Origin: Sulfolobales archaeon
Lineage (GTDB): Archaea > Thermoproteota > Thermoprotei_A > Sulfolobales > AG1
Assembly: GCA_038867615.1 (NCBI GenBank)
Contig: JAWBYA010000014.1
Coordinates: 1-17,931, forward strand
Direction of reading: 5' to 3'
Length of the DNA: 17,931 bases
In this document: positions 16,661 to 17,931 of the stretch, one piece after another
Numbering within the stretch: the first letter of the stretch is position 1
Layout: each line of letters opens with the position of its first letter
The notes under the pieces: model-generated
The model's input: only the letters and a program-made list of their open reading frames with translations
Told to the model about the DNA's origin: nothing
Database searches by the model: none
Position numbers and translations under genes: made by a program

Positions 16661-16720
16661 ACCTCATGAACCACCCATCCTTGGGAGGGCGTGCGAATAG
16701 AAAATCCCTAGATGCAACAA

Positions 16721-16758
16721 GTGAGCTACCCCGCCCTTAAGGGCGGGGAGGAGGTCAG
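16721..16758. mobile_element. 38-bp palindromic mini-element made of two IS200/IS605-type ends sharing one hairpin
   Basis: Perfect 20-bp palindrome CCCCGCCCTTAAGGGCGGGG (16729-16748). 16718-16746 is identical to 17806-17834; 16734-16758 matches 4758-4782 at 24/25 nt. Confidence 0.75.
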
Positions 16759-17014
16759 AAATGAGAGGATCGCCAAGATGATCGAGGAGACCAAGAGACT
16801 GAAGAACCCCGCCAAGATCACCCTGCTATGGTGTACACTAATGGCTCATGAGATGGTTCACCTGGTCTTCGGCATTGATCATGATCACCCAGAGTTCAGG
16901 TATCTGGAGGAGGAGATTATAGAGAGGACTATAGAGAAGGCTCTGAAGGATATAGACAGAAGATCTCGGCTAGAAACCTCTTTCAGGTCTTACCAATCTC
17001 ATAAATATCTATGA
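16759..17014 (+). pseudogene. Probably 5'-truncated HExxH zinc metallopeptidase-like gene
   Basis: AHEMVHLVFGIDHDHPEF motif lies only ~24 aa after the in-frame ATG at 16778; upstream the frame runs through the IS end. Confidence 0.5.
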
Positions 17015-17039
17015 AACCAAAAATTGTTTCTTGAGGCTT

Positions 17040-17444
17040 TCAGGCTATAATTTTTTCTGCTGTTAGTATGAGGTCGAATCTCTCTATATCTCTCATAAGG
17101 CTTATAGCTCTTCTATACTTTGCTCTTTCTGTGATTGCTCTATAGCCTTTGCTGTTGATCTCGTTATTAAGTATCTCAATAGCTTTTCTAATTATATCTG
17201 CTCCAGCTTCTGTGCATAGTAGTATGTTCCCATCCTCTATGTAGATCGCTACACCGATTCTGCTCAGGAAACCTGCATATCTCTTGAAGGTTACATAGCT
17301 GATTCTCCTGCTATTGATGCCCCTCAAAAACCTGTTGATCTCTGAGAGGCTTATTGCACAGCGTTTCGAGAGCAGATAGAGTATCTCTATGCCCCTCGTC
17401 ATCTTTATTGTCTGTGTTAGTAGAGCCTCTGGATGGGGATACAT
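17040..17444 (-). CDS. Winged-helix DNA-binding protein
   Basis: ILYLL...ISLSEI...ISYVTFKRYAGFLSRIGV...LCTEAG pattern; starts 1 nt after the upstream stop codon. Confidence 0.65.
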   Translation of the reverse strand: MYPHPEALLTQTIKMTRGIEILYLLSKRCAISLSEINRFLRGINSRRISYVTFKRYAGFLSRIGVAIYIEDGNILLCTEAGADIIRKAIEILNNEINSKGYRAITERAKYRRAISLMRDIERFDLILTAEKIIA

Positions 17445-17445
17445 T

Positions 17446-17724
17446 TCAGACCCTTCTAGCCCTCATTATATCTCTAGCCCTTCTGCCAACAACCCACTCA
17501 ATACCCCTAGTTCTTAGCAGCTGATATGCATTCCATTCGCTTAGCCTGCCACTAGCTATGAGAGCCTCGACAGCATCCTCAAGCTCCCTTCTATCAACAG
17601 CTTCGTCAGGGCTATATCCACTCATTACAACAAGCTCTGGCACGGTTAATGCCTTCTCCTCACACTCCCTCACAACATCCAATATAGCCTCCTCAACAAA
17701 CCTTCTATCCACACCCTTGCTCAT
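17446..17724 (-). CDS. Small winged-helix-like protein (92 aa)
   Basis: ATG 17724 after GGGGTG; pattern AILDVV...LTVPEL...ELEDAVEALIASGRL. The extension to 17922 crosses the IS end and is spurious. Confidence 0.6.
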   Translation of the reverse strand: MSKGVDRRFVEEAILDVVRECEEKALTVPELVVMSGYSPDEAVDRRELEDAVEALIASGRLSEWNAYQLLRTRGIEWVVGRRARDIMRARRV

Positions 17725-17761
17725 CCGCATTCCACCCCTAAACAACAACAGAGAAAAGCGT

Positions 17762-17777
17762 GGAAAAAGGAAAAAGG
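17762..17777 (-). terminator. Possible oligo-U terminator downstream of tnpB / omega RNA
   Basis: Minus strand CCTTTTTCCTTTTTCC begins ~30 nt after the IS right end; archaeal intrinsic terminators are U-tracts. Confidence 0.35.
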
Positions 17778-17808
17778 TAGCTAAGGATTGCAATTCATTC
17801 TCTATCAA

Positions 17809-17931
17809 GTGAGCTACCCCGCCCTTAAGGGCGGAGCTTCCTGCTTCATTGCCCCGCCTTGCCCGTAGCCAAAAGCTACGGGTAGAGGGCGGAGCTCCAC
17901 AGGCTCTAAGGGTGGCTCCCACCCCGCACTT
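17809..17931 (-). mobile_element. Right end of a tnpB-carrying IS200/IS605-superfamily element (truncated by the window edge)
   Basis: Minus strand ends GGAAGCTCCGCCCTTAAGGGCGGGGTAGCTCAC: subterminal hairpin followed by TCAC. An IS607-type element cannot be excluded without seeing the transposase. Confidence 0.75.
17814..17930 (-). CDS. tnpB: C-terminal tail of TnpB (partial)
   Basis: Frame absent from the ORF track: [38 protein letters not shown], which resembles the C-terminal tail of crenarchaeal TnpB proteins. RuvC motifs would lie outside the window. Confidence 0.7.
   Translation of the reverse strand, partial: SAGWEPPLEPVELRPLPVAFGYGQGGAMKQEAPPLRAG

Larger units (their letters stand above)
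17789..17931 (-). ncRNA. Putative TnpB omega RNA (reRNA/sotRNA): scaffold plus flank-derived guide
   Basis: Perfect stem CCCGTAGC/GCTACGGG (17862-17882) inside a longer stem (17851-17895), plus terminal hairpin 17819-17834, all overlapping the tnpB 3' end as known for TnpB guide RNAs. Boundaries inferred. Confidence 0.55.

Noticed and set aside
17804-17808. TTGAT next to the IS end, identical to the ISDra2 TAM
   Set aside because: TAMs flank the left end, not the right; a 5-mer match is expected by chance.
16718-17834. CRISPR array suggested by the 29-bp repeats
   Set aside because: Only two copies about 1.1 kb apart, explained as IS ends.
17725-17922. N-terminal extension of the 158-aa ORF
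   Set aside because: Alternative-frame read-through of the tnpB tail and IS end; a better start with an RBS exists at 17724.
1-17931. Apparent abundance of AGATCT and CTAG words
   Set aside because: Not counted, and plausibly explained by codon usage; would need k-mer statistics.

Overview
An archaeal region, most likely Thermoproteota (Crenarchaeota), judged from AGG/AGA/ATA codon bias, GGTG/GGAGG ribosome-binding sites and class III signal peptides. It has no housekeeping genes and reads like part of a large plasmid, integrated element or virus. It encodes scattered type IV pilus parts: two prepilins, one leaderless pilin-like protein and a FlaJ/TadC-type membrane platform. The platform gene is followed by a degenerate classic-clade AAA+ protein rather than a secretion ATPase. 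The window also holds two membrane-anchored surface proteins, a Ski2-like helicase, a DUF932-like protein, two small Cys-rich zinc-binding proteins, two winged-helix proteins and several orphans. The right edge carries the 3' end of a tnpB gene with its IS200/IS605-type right end and omega-RNA hairpins; two further stand-alone end remnants lie downstream of pilin genes, one a 38-bp head-to-head fusion of two ends. Non-coding signals include a GCTTT(T/C) motif 33-37 nt before many start codons, a ~150-nt nested inverted-repeat structure next to the helicase, and a GC-rich pseudoknot-capable segment at the left edge. All family calls come from motif recognition by eye, not database searches.
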